DNA of 64,000 nt from Candidatus Magasanikiibacteriota bacterium (GCA_018650645.1 JABIFP010000005.1:35486-99485), one strand, 5' to 3'; counted from the first letter of the stretch, positions 46,256 to 56,871 are shown. Numbers and translations: made by a program. The notes: generated from the sequence alone by a model not told the origin.

Positions 46256-47986
46256 ATGCCAGGACATCAGTCTATTGAAGATCTCATTGGAGGAAAAACG
46301 AAAGCTGCACCATCTAATGCCGCGCAAGATCCGACTACTTCAGGAAAAGTATCGGCTGCATTTTCAAAGAAGATGGGTGAAATTGAAAATAAAGAAACAG
46401 AACTTGAAACAGAACGATCTGCAAGCATAACAGGTGCGCCATATATTGATTTGATTAAGTTTCCTGTTAGTCAGTACGCATTAAAACAATTGCCATTAGA
46501 GCGTGCAAAAGAATTGCAGGCTGTTTGTTTTTACGCAACACAAGAAGAAGTGCGCATTGGTGCCATCGATCCACAAGATCCGGATGTGATTGCGCTTGGA
46601 GAATCTATTGCCCATGAAATCGGTGCTAATCAGGAACTTTATACTATTTCTGAACGAAGTCTAAATAGAATTATTGAATTATATAAAACCCTTCCAGACA
46701 TTAAACCAATTTCAAAAGATGTAGAGATTGATGGGGAAGAACTAGCGCGCATTCAAGAAAGCGTTACGGACTTTGAATCATTTCAAGGACTGTTTGATGA
46801 AGCGAGCACTACCGATTTGGTAACATATATTATGGGTGGGGCGCTGAAGCTTGGAACAAGTGATGTTCATATTGAAGCAGAAGAAAATGGTATTGTTGTA
46901 CGTTTCCGTTTAGATGGAATATTACAAGACGCGGCTATTCTGCCAAAAGCGACGTTTAAAAAATTGGTATCAAGATTGAAATTAGTATCAGGATTAAAAA
47001 TTAACATCACCACAAAGCCGCAAGATGGTCGGTTTACGGTAAAAATGCCTGACGGAGATGTGGATGTGCGTGTTTCTACCATTCCAACAATTTACGGAGA
47101 AAGTATTGTAATGCGTTTGCTTGTTCAAAACGAGCAGATTATGACGCTTGAGTCGTTAGGGCTTCGTGGACGTGCATATGATCAGCTCAAAACAGAAATC
47201 GATAGACCAAATGGAATGATTGTGACAACGGGGCCTACAGGAAGTGGTAAAACAACGTCTTTGTACGCAATTATGCGTATGCTTAATAAGCCGGGTGTAA
47301 AAATTATTACCTTAGAAGATCCTGTTGAGTATAAAATGGAAGGAGTAAATCAAAGTCAGATTGATCACAGTAAAGATTATACGTTTGCAAAAGGGCTTCG
47401 CTCTATGCTTCGTCAAGATCCGGATATTGCCATGGTTGGGGAAATCCGTGATATTGAAACTGCAGAAATTGCTATTCAGGCATCTTTGACTGGGCATCTT
47501 ATCCTTTCAACAATCCATACAAACGATGCGTTTGGAGCGATTCCACGGTTTATGTCTATGGGGGTAAAGCCATTTTTGCTTGCGCCTGCACTAAACTGTG
47601 TAATTGGGCAGCGATTGGTAAGAAAGCTTTGTACTCTGTGTAAAGAAGCTTCTCCACTAGAAGCAAAATTACAAGAAAAGGTAAACACCGTCATGGCAGA
47701 GTTACCAGAACCTGAAAAATCAGAGGTGGCAGCTATGGAGCAAGTATTTTATGCACCAAAAGGATGTGATAAGTGTAATGAAGGGTATAAAGGACGATTA
47801 GGAATCTATGAAATTTTTGTTGTAAATGAAGCGATTGAAAAAGCGGTATTAGATGGACAGGTCGCAGAATATGATATTCGCAGGATTGCTATTGAAAACG
47901 GAACCGTTACTATGGTGCAAGATGGTATTATTAAGGCGTTGCTAGGAGACACATCGATTGAAGAGGTATACCGTGTGACTGAATAA
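46256..47986 (+). CDS. GspE/PilB-family pilus assembly ATPase
   Basis: SDVHIE, PQDGR, GPTGSGKTT, TLEDPVEY, LRQDPD, TGHL, two CxxC. Confidence 0.93.
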   Translation: MPGHQSIEDLIGGKTKAAPSNAAQDPTTSGKVSAAFSKKMGEIENKETELETERSASITGAPYIDLIKFPVSQYALKQLPLERAKELQAVCFYATQEEVRIGAIDPQDPDVIALGESIAHEIGANQELYTISERSLNRIIELYKTLPDIKPISKDVEIDGEELARIQESVTDFESFQGLFDEASTTDLVTYIMGGALKLGTSDVHIEAEENGIVVRFRLDGILQDAAILPKATFKKLVSRLKLVSGLKINITTKPQDGRFTVKMPDGDVDVRVSTIPTIYGESIVMRLLVQNEQIMTLESLGLRGRAYDQLKTEIDRPNGMIVTTGPTGSGKTTSLYAIMRMLNKPGVKIITLEDPVEYKMEGVNQSQIDHSKDYTFAKGLRSMLRQDPDIAMVGEIRDIETAEIAIQASLTGHLILSTIHTNDAFGAIPRFMSMGVKPFLLAPALNCVIGQRLVRKLCTLCKEASPLEAKLQEKVNTVMAELPEPEKSEVAAMEQVFYAPKGCDKCNEGYKGRLGIYEIFVVNEAIEKAVLDGQVAEYDIRRIAIENGTVTMVQDGIIKALLGDTSIEEVYRVTE

Positions 47987-48073
47987 CAATTGTGTACAAG
48001 CCTTTGGCGCAAAAGGAGAAATTTTGCTATACTTAGACCTAGACGTAAAAAAACTTCAAATAAAAACAAATAT

Positions 48074-49219
48074 ATGGTGTCATCAAGAGGCAATACTGCC
48101 CTTCCGCCAACTCACTCGGTGCGATTTTATAAAATTATTGCACTTACGTTTTTGGCTTTAACAATTGTATTACTTGCGGTTGTTGTATTCATGTCTTCTA
48201 AACGAGCAGACATTACTATTACCACAAAAAGTAGCCCAATTGATGTGCATGCGGAAGTAGTAATTGGATCTGACGTGATGCCAAACTCAGTTGACGGAGA
48301 AGTAAAGACGGAAACAATGGCGTTATCAAAAACGTTTGAGCCTACGGGCAATAGACAAGAGCCTGGAATTTCGACTGGTGTAGTTACGTTACACAATGAT
48401 ACAAGTTCAGATCAGCCACTGGTAAAGACAACACGTGTATTAACACCAGACGGAACACTTTTTAGACTGACAGAAGCGGTAGTAGTACCAAAAAATGGTA
48501 CGGTTGACGCAGCAGTATATGCAGACAAGGAAGGGCCAAGCGGAAATATCAGCGCAGTAGATAAGTGGACTATTCCCGGCCTGAATGAAACTAAGCAAAA
48601 AGTCATTTACGGATCAAGTAGCGTAGCAATGACTGGGGGAGTGAGAAACGTAGGTATTTTATCTCAAGCAGATGTAGAAAAAGCACGAAAACAGCTTGAA
48701 GGAGAATTACAACAAGAAGCAAGTTCAGCATTTGGTGAAGTTGATGCAACAAAACCAGTTGTGTTTTCTGCCGTGATTGATTCGCTGAGTGTTGGGTCAG
48801 ATATTGGAACAGAAGTGAGTGAATTTTCTGTAACAGCAACGGCTACAGTAGTTTCTGTGCAGTATGATGAAGCCGCTGTTGCGCAGTGGGCAACAACGCA
48901 GCTCAGAAATAGAGCTATTGGTGATTCAGACATTATTACAGCCGCAAACAATAAACCAACAGTGACATTTTCAGCGTACGATGCAAATGCAGGGATTGCA
49001 ACACTCGGAGTATTTATGGATGGAACGGTAACACTCAATCCGGAAGGAAGTGATTTATCTAAAGAAATGTTCTTTGGCAAAGATAAAAATGAAGTGCGTA
49101 GATATTTGCTGACACTTGATCATGTCCATAAGGTAGAAATCGATTTTTCACCGGTATGGATGCAAACAGTACCGCATATTCATGAGCACGTCACAATCAA
49201 AGTAAAAGAAGTAGAATAA
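48074..49219 (+). CDS. Membrane-anchored protein with a baseplate J-like beta domain
   Basis: N-terminal TM; GVVTLHN...TTRV...FRL...V.A...GPSGNI pattern. Confidence 0.55.
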   Translation: MVSSRGNTALPPTHSVRFYKIIALTFLALTIVLLAVVVFMSSKRADITITTKSSPIDVHAEVVIGSDVMPNSVDGEVKTETMALSKTFEPTGNRQEPGISTGVVTLHNDTSSDQPLVKTTRVLTPDGTLFRLTEAVVVPKNGTVDAAVYADKEGPSGNISAVDKWTIPGLNETKQKVIYGSSSVAMTGGVRNVGILSQADVEKARKQLEGELQQEASSAFGEVDATKPVVFSAVIDSLSVGSDIGTEVSEFSVTATATVVSVQYDEAAVAQWATTQLRNRAIGDSDIITAANNKPTVTFSAYDANAGIATLGVFMDGTVTLNPEGSDLSKEMFFGKDKNEVRRYLLTLDHVHKVEIDFSPVWMQTVPHIHEHVTIKVKEVE

Positions 49220-49223
49220 TCTA

Positions 49224-49252
49224 TTGACAGTACATAAAAGAGCGTGTAGCAT
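49224..49252 (+). promoter_or_regulatory. Sigma-70 promoter of the thrS leader
   Basis: TTGACA-17 bp-TAGCAT. Confidence 0.7.
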
Positions 49253-49257
49253 ACCTA

Positions 49258-49476
49258 CATGCTCTTTTTGTTTCGTTAATCAAAGCCAGCCCAGCTGCCA
49301 CTCGCTCACAGAGAGGAAGGATATTTGCTGAAAATCCTTCTGCGTCGAGTTTGCATGGTACCACTTTGTCAGAAACTACAAATCAAATAAGAAGTAAATA
49401 ATTGGGTGGAACCGTCTTCCATGAAGACCCCGATGTGTTTGCAGTGTCTTTTGCTGCAGGTACATCGGGTTTTTTA
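49258..49476 (+). ncRNA. T-box riboswitch (Thr)
   Basis: Stem I AGAGA and GCTGAAA motifs, ACC specifier at 49360, antiterminator GGG-TGGAACC-GTCTTC/GAAGAC-CCC, overlapping terminator with T-run. Confidence 0.88.
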
Positions 49477-49489
49477 ATTAGTACGTTTT

Positions 49490-51250
49490 ATGAAAGAACT
49501 ATCTCAAATCGATAAAGTGCGCCATTCGCTCTCACACATTATGTCTATGGCGGTGCTTGAGTTATATCCAAACGCAGGGCTCGGTGTTGGGCCAGTTATT
49601 GAAAACGGATTTTACCAAGACTACGACTTGCCAGAACCGCTGAGCGAAGACATGCTTCCAAAGATTGAAGCGCGCATGAAAGAAATTGTGAAAGAAAAAA
49701 TTGCATTTGTGCAATCAAACAGTTCTGTAGAAGAAGCACTCGCTTTTTATAAAAATGACGTATATAAAACCGAGTTGATTGAAGAATTGGCAAAAAAAGG
49801 GGAGAAAGAAATCAGTTTTTACGACTCTGGATCATTTCATAACATGTGTGAGGGGCCGCATGTAGAAAATTCGAATAAGATTCGGTACGACTCGTTTAAA
49901 CTTATGAGTGTTGCCGGTGCATATTGGCGCGGAGACGAAAAAAATAAGATGCTTACTAGAATTTATGGTGTTGCCTTTGCAGATAAAAAAGCATTAAAGG
50001 AACATTTACATCTTTTAGAAGAAGCGAAAAAACGAGATCATAGAAAAATTGGAAAAGAGCAAGAATTATTCTTTATTGATGAAACCGTTGGGAAGGGGCT
50101 GGCTATGTGGCTGCCAAACGGAACAATTATCCGTGAGCAAATTGAACAGTTTGCTAAAGATACTGAGTCTGCAGCAGGATATGTGCGCGTGGTAACACCA
50201 CACATCGCCAAGGAAGAGCTGTTTTTGCGCAGTGGGCACCTGCCATACTATAAAGATGACATGTACCCAGCAATGGAGATGGATGACGGTACATACTACC
50301 TCAGAGCCATGAACTGTCCGCATCATCATCAAATATTCCTGCACGGGCCAAAGAGTTACAAAGACATGCCAATGCGTATTGCGGAATATGGCATGGTATA
50401 TAGAAACGAGCTTTCTGGAACGTTAGCAGGACTTTTACGTGTGCGCGGTCTTGCCATGAATGATTCACATATTTATTGCAAAAAGGATCAGATTAAAGAT
50501 GAGTTCAAAGCAGTACTAGAAATGACCATGATGTACTTCAAAGTGTTTGGTTTTGATACGTACTGGTTCAGATTATCAAAATGGGATCCAGCTCATACTG
50601 ATAAATATATCGATCAGCCTGAAAATTGGGCACACAGCGAACAGATTATTAGAGAAGTGCTTGTTGAAATGGACGTACCGTTTGTAGAGGTAGAAGATGA
50701 AGCGGCATTCTACGGACCAAAAGTAGATGTACAATTTACATCAGTGCTTGGTAGGGAAGAAAGCATGAGTACTATTCAACTCGACTTCTTGGCAAAAGAA
50801 CGTTTTGGATTTGAGTATACTGATGATAGTGGTGAAAAGAATAATGAAGTATTTGTGATTCATAGAGCGCCACTTTCTGTTCATGAGCGATTCCTCGCAT
50901 TTTTGACAGAACACTACGCAGGGTATTGGCCAGTTTGGCTTGCGCCTGTGCAGGTGTCTATTTTGCCAGTGTCTACAGACAAACATGTAGATGGTGCAAA
51001 GGAATTGGCGGCAGAACTTAGAGCGGCAGGTATGAGAGTGTCAGTTGATAGTGCAGACGAAACAGTGGGAAAGAAAATTCGCGCAGCTGCGCAGGCAAAA
51101 GTACCGTATGTATTAGTTGTTGGAGAGAAAGAACTCTCTGGAGAAGACTTTACTGTACGTGTGCGCCGGCAAGAAGAGCAGTTGGCTCTTTCAAAGGCTG
51201 ACTTTGTTCAGCGAGTTGCAGAGGACATTGCGCAAAAGCGAGTTTGGTAA
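49490..51250 (+). CDS. thrS: Threonyl-tRNA synthetase
   Basis: RHSLSH, CEGPH, GAYWRG, RDHRK, MNCPHH, FYGPK, IHRA. Confidence 0.97.
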   Translation: MKELSQIDKVRHSLSHIMSMAVLELYPNAGLGVGPVIENGFYQDYDLPEPLSEDMLPKIEARMKEIVKEKIAFVQSNSSVEEALAFYKNDVYKTELIEELAKKGEKEISFYDSGSFHNMCEGPHVENSNKIRYDSFKLMSVAGAYWRGDEKNKMLTRIYGVAFADKKALKEHLHLLEEAKKRDHRKIGKEQELFFIDETVGKGLAMWLPNGTIIREQIEQFAKDTESAAGYVRVVTPHIAKEELFLRSGHLPYYKDDMYPAMEMDDGTYYLRAMNCPHHHQIFLHGPKSYKDMPMRIAEYGMVYRNELSGTLAGLLRVRGLAMNDSHIYCKKDQIKDEFKAVLEMTMMYFKVFGFDTYWFRLSKWDPAHTDKYIDQPENWAHSEQIIREVLVEMDVPFVEVEDEAAFYGPKVDVQFTSVLGREESMSTIQLDFLAKERFGFEYTDDSGEKNNEVFVIHRAPLSVHERFLAFLTEHYAGYWPVWLAPVQVSILPVSTDKHVDGAKELAAELRAAGMRVSVDSADETVGKKIRAAAQAKVPYVLVVGEKELSGEDFTVRVRRQEEQLALSKADFVQRVAEDIAQKRVW

Positions 51251-51266
51251 GTTGCTAAAACACAGT

Positions 51267-51303
51267 AAACAAAAAAGACGCACATGGTGCGTCTTTTTTG
51301 TTT
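51267..51303. terminator. Bidirectional terminator
   Basis: AAACAAAAAAGACGCA-N5-TGCGTCTTTTTTGTTT. Confidence 0.8.
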
Positions 51304-52498
51304 AGCGTAAGAAGTTAAGTATTCTTCTTTTTATAGATGGTTTTGGAGCGTGTACATTACGCTTATTTGGTTCCATGTCCCGGATAAACATCATTAGCGC
51401 TTTGTAGTTCTCATCAAGAACAACCTTCTGTGCTCGTTTTTCAGAGCGTCTACCTTCTGCTCTATTGGTAAATTCTGAAATGTGAATCCCATATATTTCC
51501 ATAATCTTCTTTCGCGCCATATTTGCAAGATCATTCGGTGGTACGAGCTGCGATCGACGTTCTCTTCCTCTTGCTATGAATCCTCTAATATCTTCTCTTG
51601 CTTGCAGTGTGAGCGCTGTCTGATGTAAGAATCCTCTGGCTTCATTTGCAGCGCGCAGGGCTTCTACTTTGTGGTTATATCCTTGCTGGTTGCTTTCTTT
51701 TATCGCTCGCTCGCGCATTTCTCTATAGACCTGTTTTTCATACGCTGTAAGCTGATCTGCTATAGCAGAATACGCGGTTGCTGCAGTATCAAGTGCTTGC
51801 TGAATTCCAGCCAGATGTTCTTGTTTTTGCACTTGCTCCTGTGATCCATCAGCATCTTTTGTACGAATTACGGTGACTCCAGGTTCTTTTTGTTCAGCAG
51901 GTGTCATAGAAACGGGAACTTCAACCATGCTTTTTAGCAGTGCTGTTGTCTCATGCATTTGCTGCATTTCTAGAGGATCGGGTTTCAATTCGTAAATGGG
52001 TTTTTCTGTAATTTGTTCGGCAAATTCATTCCACGCATCATAAGTGGCAGCATGTTCAGCATCTATTTTTCCTTGCTCTTCCGCCAGTTTATATGCTTCT
52101 ACAAGTGCTTCGGCTTGATCAGAAAACCCTTGTTGCTCTTCGGTTATTAAAGTAACTTCGACTTCTCTAGGTGTTGTTGGTACAAGATGAGTGGTTGCTT
52201 CTACAATATCATCCAGATTATCTGCAATCGCAGCCCATTTTGCAGTGCGCTCCATTGCTGAAAGGGTAAGGTTCTCTTTAATAAGAGCCGAGATCTCTTG
52301 CACACTTAATCGTAACGCTTGTGCCTGACTGCTAGGTAGTGATTCTATAGAAGAGAAGAGCTCTTTTGCATGAGCCAGTGCCTGTTCTTGCATTTGGGTA
52401 GCCTGAAGCTCTTGCGCTTCAGAATCTTGCGTATCTTTAAAAACCTCCATTGCTTGGTGCGGCGCTGTAAATTCTAATTTTCTTGCTGCATCACCCAT
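51302..52498 (-). CDS. Hypothetical helical/coiled-coil protein
   Basis: Long Ala/Gln/Glu-rich ORF; start taken at MGDAARK. Confidence 0.72.
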   Translation of the reverse strand: MGDAARKLEFTAPHQAMEVFKDTQDSEAQELQATQMQEQALAHAKELFSSIESLPSSQAQALRLSVQEISALIKENLTLSAMERTAKWAAIADNLDDIVEATTHLVPTTPREVEVTLITEEQQGFSDQAEALVEAYKLAEEQGKIDAEHAATYDAWNEFAEQITEKPIYELKPDPLEMQQMHETTALLKSMVEVPVSMTPAEQKEPGVTVIRTKDADGSQEQVQKQEHLAGIQQALDTAATAYSAIADQLTAYEKQVYREMRERAIKESNQQGYNHKVEALRAANEARGFLHQTALTLQAREDIRGFIARGRERRSQLVPPNDLANMARKKIMEIYGIHISEFTNRAEGRRSEKRAQKVVLDENYKALMMFIRDMEPNKRNVHAPKPSIKRRILNFLR

Positions 52499-52520
52499 AG
52501 TGCACGTAGTATAGCATTTT

Positions 52521-55500
52521 TTATAGGAGTTCGACAGTTGCTGACGCATTTCCTCCTTCTCCTATCTTATCAAATTTGAGCCTAAATATTTTACCTGGCA
52601 TAGTTTCGTGAGGAACACCTGCAATTAATAGGTCAACTGTTATGTCGGCTCTAATTTGGTCTTTAGTAAGTCCAGTTTTCTCTGCAATATATTCGGTAAT
52701 ACATCTAATTGGATTTCCGCCAGCGGTAAGAATTACTTCACCTTGGTTTTCTGCAATATCTTTACTCAGGAATTGTTTATGTTTTTCCATACCGTGTGCA
52801 GAAAAGGCTCGCGCTTTTACGGTGCTGTCTTTGGCTGCAAACCATGGGGAATGAGGGCGAGCAGGCCGTGCAAATTGTACAATGCCGTTTGCAATGTTAA
52901 ATACGACCAGGCGCAATGCCTTACCGGTCTTTGGAGAAATGTAATAGGTGACATCGCCAACAGAAATGCTTTCTCCTTCTCTTAGTTCTAATGATGCCAC
53001 CTCCGTTTCTGCTTCAGCCTGTGTTTCTTCTATTTCGGTTTCAGCTTTTTGCTCAGATTCTGCTTCTTCTGCAATCTCTACCAGACGATCAACTCGCTCT
53101 TCTGGCATGATAAATTCAAACGATGTCGCACCATTTTTTTGAATATCAGCGTAGATACTGTATTCAAAGCCAGGAAGAACGCGTATATCGTTCAGTTCAG
53201 ACTTTCCTTCAAGCCGCCGCATAATTACCGCATGCAGTACTGCATCTACGGCTTGTTCATGTGCGGCTTTTGGAGTCATATCTGGCAAGCGAACAATTTC
53301 TCTTGTGAGATATTTAATTGCTGCAAGGCGAATTCCTTCACCTTTTTTCACGGTAATTTCGTGATAGCTTTTTGTGGATTTTTCTTTCTTTGCTTCTGTA
53401 ACTTCTACCGGTGCTGCAGGTTCTGGTTCTAAAGGATCAGTGTCTGTAACAATTTCTGGTACGGGTAATGGTGCTGGCGTCTCTGGCGTAGCTGCATCTA
53501 ACGGAGGAAGTTCAGCTTCCAGCGGTACGAGAGCGTCAAGAGGGTCTTTTCCTGGCGCGGCATTGACAATCGGTGCTGCTTCCGGCACACCGGCGTCTTG
53601 CGGTGCTGTCTCAGGAACACCGGCAGGCAATTCAGTCGTTACGTTAGCATCCGCAGCGGTTGGTTTGGCAGCATCAGGCGCTTTGGGAGTCTCGGCACGT
53701 TTCATTTGCGTTACAGCTGCCCGTGGTGCATTGTCAGCAGGTCTATACGGTTCTGAATCTTGTTTCATTAATGCAGAAAGTGCTATAGACCAGGCAAGTG
53801 TTTTGATAAGGAAACCATGTTTCTTCTTAATTTTTTCAAATAATCGTCCTATCAGACCTCGCTGTTTTTTTTCTGGAGCAGACTCTGCGTGAACCTCAAC
53901 TTTTTTTGGAGATGTTGGCACAAAATCAGCTTCTGTAGCAGCTGCTTCATGAGCTTCTGGAATAGCATGTGCCAATGAGTCAGGAATCACAAGTGCCGAT
54001 TCTGTAATTCCCGTTTGACTCGCCTGGACGGTGGTCTCTTCTTCTAAATGGACAGCTCCAGAATCTGGATCAATGACGGAGTGATAAATTGTCACATCAA
54101 ATCCCTTGAGTGTGTCTTGCCATATCGATGCAGGAATGTCTTGCGATGCTCCTAATAGTGGGTTTGTTGCATTCTGTTGATTGCTTTCTCTTGTAAACAA
54201 TAGTACCTCGTGCGTTGTTGGGTGCACAAACTTCCATACAGTTGGAAATTGTCGTGTTCTGCGGGTATCACTACTTATAGATACTTGTGGGACATTCCGC
54301 TGCCAAGATGTGAGTACCGCAGGAGTAATTCTGAGCCATTTTTTTCTCATCAAGAACGTTTCTAATGGTTCTTTTTCCCCATCTTTCAGAGCTATTTCAT
54401 GGGGTGTTGGGTTGGCAATATCTTCAAATTGGATATGTTGTTTGGTCGTTCCACTTTGTTTTACATCATAAACAGAATATGATCGATACATCTTTGATTG
54501 ATGGGGTTGTATTGTTTTTCCTTGCACATTAATCGAGGGCGCCTCTACAGCAGCCTCAGAATAAACGGCAGCTACACGAATAGGGGGTTCATCTCCAACC
54601 TTATATGTTGCTGTAGTGATATATGTATCAGGCATGAGTCCTCCTGGAACGAGCGTTCCCCTTTCTATTGAACGCTGAAGATCTGGAGCAATAACTCTCC
54701 ATCCAAGTTTTTCTAATTCTGAATGCAGCAAGGCTGTATCTCCCTCTCTTACATTTGCATATTCTCCTTTAAGTGGCGGCATGTTCTCTGCCTCCTGGAT
54801 TGGATGAAACACTTGCTCTGCAAATTTACCAAACTTTCCACTTTTTGTAGAAATAGTACTAAGATTTTCAGAAACCATGACCCGTGTTGGTACTTCTTCA
54901 AGAACTCCGGCCTCTTTAAGTTCTGCTCCTTTTTGATGAATCAGGGCGCGCGCTTGAGCCAGCGTATCTGCTGCAAAAACGTATGTTTCTTCTTGTTCAC
55001 TTCCTTCAAAAAATATAATGCGTGCCACAAATTGAGTGAGATCGGGAATGTCCTCTGGACCTTGAATGTTTACCCATTCTTTAGTTCCAGCTGCAAGCTC
55101 AGCTTGTTTCATGACACGTTCAATCCCATGCTGAATATCAACTTTAACTTTCTCCGCATACTGCATGTTTTGTTTGAGTATACCGGAAAGCTCAACAATT
55201 TTGGTCGTATACATACTGAGCGGCCAGGGTTCTCCAGATCCATCTGGTGATGGACGCATTTTGCCTTGTAGCTCTTCTAGATCACGCTGCAGAGCATCAA
55301 AGTTTCCTCTTGTTTCATCAGGGGCTTGTGTTTTATATTTCTCTGCTTGCTTCGATAGTCCTTTAAGTACTGGTGCAAACACGCTATCCCACTTAAATGC
55401 GTTTTCTGTTTCTATTTTTCGCAGCTCAGCTAATCGATCAAAAAGATTAGGTAGCGTAAACGCTTGTTCATACAATTGCTGAATCTTTTCTGCATGATTT

Positions 55501-56567
55501 TTCTGCTTTGTTGGAAAGCGCTCCTGAATGAGCTTAAGCGTGGGGTGAAGCTCTGCTTGGTATAACGCTCGCTGTTGCTGACTCGCTTCTTGCATGCGCT
55601 GCTGGATTTCTGCATCACCAAGGATGGCTTCTTCCGTTCGCAAAATGCTCTGCCCAAATAGCTTTGGATCATCGGTGCTTTCTCGTTGAATAAGGGCATT
55701 TAGACGCTTGATGTATGCTTCACTGTTCGGAAGCTGCTCAAGTTGGTGTCTTACATGCAAAAAGTTATTAAGGAGGGCAAAATGGGCGCGTTCCATCTCT
55801 TCTGAAAATTTAGGGGCATCTGTATCAAAAAAACTACGCAAAGTATCGTGTATTTCTTGCAGAATTTTTTCTTTATCTTCTGAAGTCTCTGCAAGAATTG
55901 CCTCGATACCCGTATCCTGTAGTTTCTGCCAGAGTTCGCGGGCGGCAGGTGTCTGAACTTTCTGTAAACGACCCAAAAGGGCTTCATTTTGCTGTGCAAG
56001 GTGCTCTGCGTCAATAGCACCTTCTGGCGCAATAGGAGCCGGAGGATCAGTATCATCAGTCCTCAAAGTAGAAGATGCTTCTTGTGCCGGTTGTTGTGCT
56101 ACAGCAGCCTCTAAATCAGCCTTTAACTGTTGTAAATAGGGAATCGCATCTTTTGTGTCTTCTGGTACCGCTCGTGATCGGTCTTCAAATAGTCGTCTTG
56201 CTCCGCTATCAATTGCAGTAAGCAGGGTATTAACATCGCGGTGTAATGTGCTACTTTCCAAGACAAGCTCGGCGTCGGATTTCTGCTCAGGGACATCAGG
56301 TGTCTCTGCTGAAGCAGCCTCAATAGATGTTTGTGCGGCCACTAACTCTGCAGAAATATTTCTATACTCTGCTACAGCTGTCCGGGGATCGCTACTAATT
56401 TGAGATAATCGTCTTTTGATCATGCCAGCTTGCTGTGGATTCATTTGCATTTTTGCTATATCAAAAAGCCTGTCAGTATCAGCCTTAATCTGTGCAAGCT
56501 CTCTGGCTGCAGCGGCAAAACTCTTGTTTTCAGGTGAACGCGGCGGGTTACCGGTTGGCTCACTCAT
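52521..56567 (-). CDS. Very large hypothetical protein (1348 aa)
   Basis: Helical N-terminal half, short hydrophobic segment FLIKTLAWSIALSALM, Pro/Ala linker, C-terminal domain. Confidence 0.8.
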   Translation of the reverse strand: MSEPTGNPPRSPENKSFAAAARELAQIKADTDRLFDIAKMQMNPQQAGMIKRRLSQISSDPRTAVAEYRNISAELVAAQTSIEAASAETPDVPEQKSDAELVLESSTLHRDVNTLLTAIDSGARRLFEDRSRAVPEDTKDAIPYLQQLKADLEAAVAQQPAQEASSTLRTDDTDPPAPIAPEGAIDAEHLAQQNEALLGRLQKVQTPAARELWQKLQDTGIEAILAETSEDKEKILQEIHDTLRSFFDTDAPKFSEEMERAHFALLNNFLHVRHQLEQLPNSEAYIKRLNALIQRESTDDPKLFGQSILRTEEAILGDAEIQQRMQEASQQQRALYQAELHPTLKLIQERFPTKQKNHAEKIQQLYEQAFTLPNLFDRLAELRKIETENAFKWDSVFAPVLKGLSKQAEKYKTQAPDETRGNFDALQRDLEELQGKMRPSPDGSGEPWPLSMYTTKIVELSGILKQNMQYAEKVKVDIQHGIERVMKQAELAAGTKEWVNIQGPEDIPDLTQFVARIIFFEGSEQEETYVFAADTLAQARALIHQKGAELKEAGVLEEVPTRVMVSENLSTISTKSGKFGKFAEQVFHPIQEAENMPPLKGEYANVREGDTALLHSELEKLGWRVIAPDLQRSIERGTLVPGGLMPDTYITTATYKVGDEPPIRVAAVYSEAAVEAPSINVQGKTIQPHQSKMYRSYSVYDVKQSGTTKQHIQFEDIANPTPHEIALKDGEKEPLETFLMRKKWLRITPAVLTSWQRNVPQVSISSDTRRTRQFPTVWKFVHPTTHEVLLFTRESNQQNATNPLLGASQDIPASIWQDTLKGFDVTIYHSVIDPDSGAVHLEEETTVQASQTGITESALVIPDSLAHAIPEAHEAAATEADFVPTSPKKVEVHAESAPEKKQRGLIGRLFEKIKKKHGFLIKTLAWSIALSALMKQDSEPYRPADNAPRAAVTQMKRAETPKAPDAAKPTAADANVTTELPAGVPETAPQDAGVPEAAPIVNAAPGKDPLDALVPLEAELPPLDAATPETPAPLPVPEIVTDTDPLEPEPAAPVEVTEAKKEKSTKSYHEITVKKGEGIRLAAIKYLTREIVRLPDMTPKAAHEQAVDAVLHAVIMRRLEGKSELNDIRVLPGFEYSIYADIQKNGATSFEFIMPEERVDRLVEIAEEAESEQKAETEIEETQAEAETEVASLELREGESISVGDVTYYISPKTGKALRLVVFNIANGIVQFARPARPHSPWFAAKDSTVKARAFSAHGMEKHKQFLSKDIAENQGEVILTAGGNPIRCITEYIAEKTGLTKDQIRADITVDLLIAGVPHETMPGKIFRLKFDKIGEGGNASATVELL

Positions 56568-56871
56568 ATGGAAGATGTTAATTGTGTTTAGTATAGCAAA
56601 AAAAAAGTGTTTTGTCGTTTATCTTCTCGTTTTTATTAAAAAAACTGTGGAAAAGAAAAGTGCATGGTTAAGCACAATTTCAAATTATCCCATCTTGAAA
56701 TATAATTTGCTTTCTGATAGAATGATGCAAATCATCCGGTGGCGTATTATGCGCTATTGGTTGCCAGCAAAGCGCTATGCGGTATACTGTAAGAGAATAG
56801 AGATGCTGATGGATGGGGCATGTCGTACCCAAAGAGGATATTTATACCACCATATGTGGTAACAAGGAGAT

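Noticed and set aside
48074-49219. Prophage or contractile tail locus
   Set aside because: Isolated TM-anchored gene with no other phage structural genes nearby
56568-56871. Possible ncRNA in the 300-bp intergenic region before miaA
   Set aside because: No recognisable RNA motif or strong stem; explainable as divergent promoters
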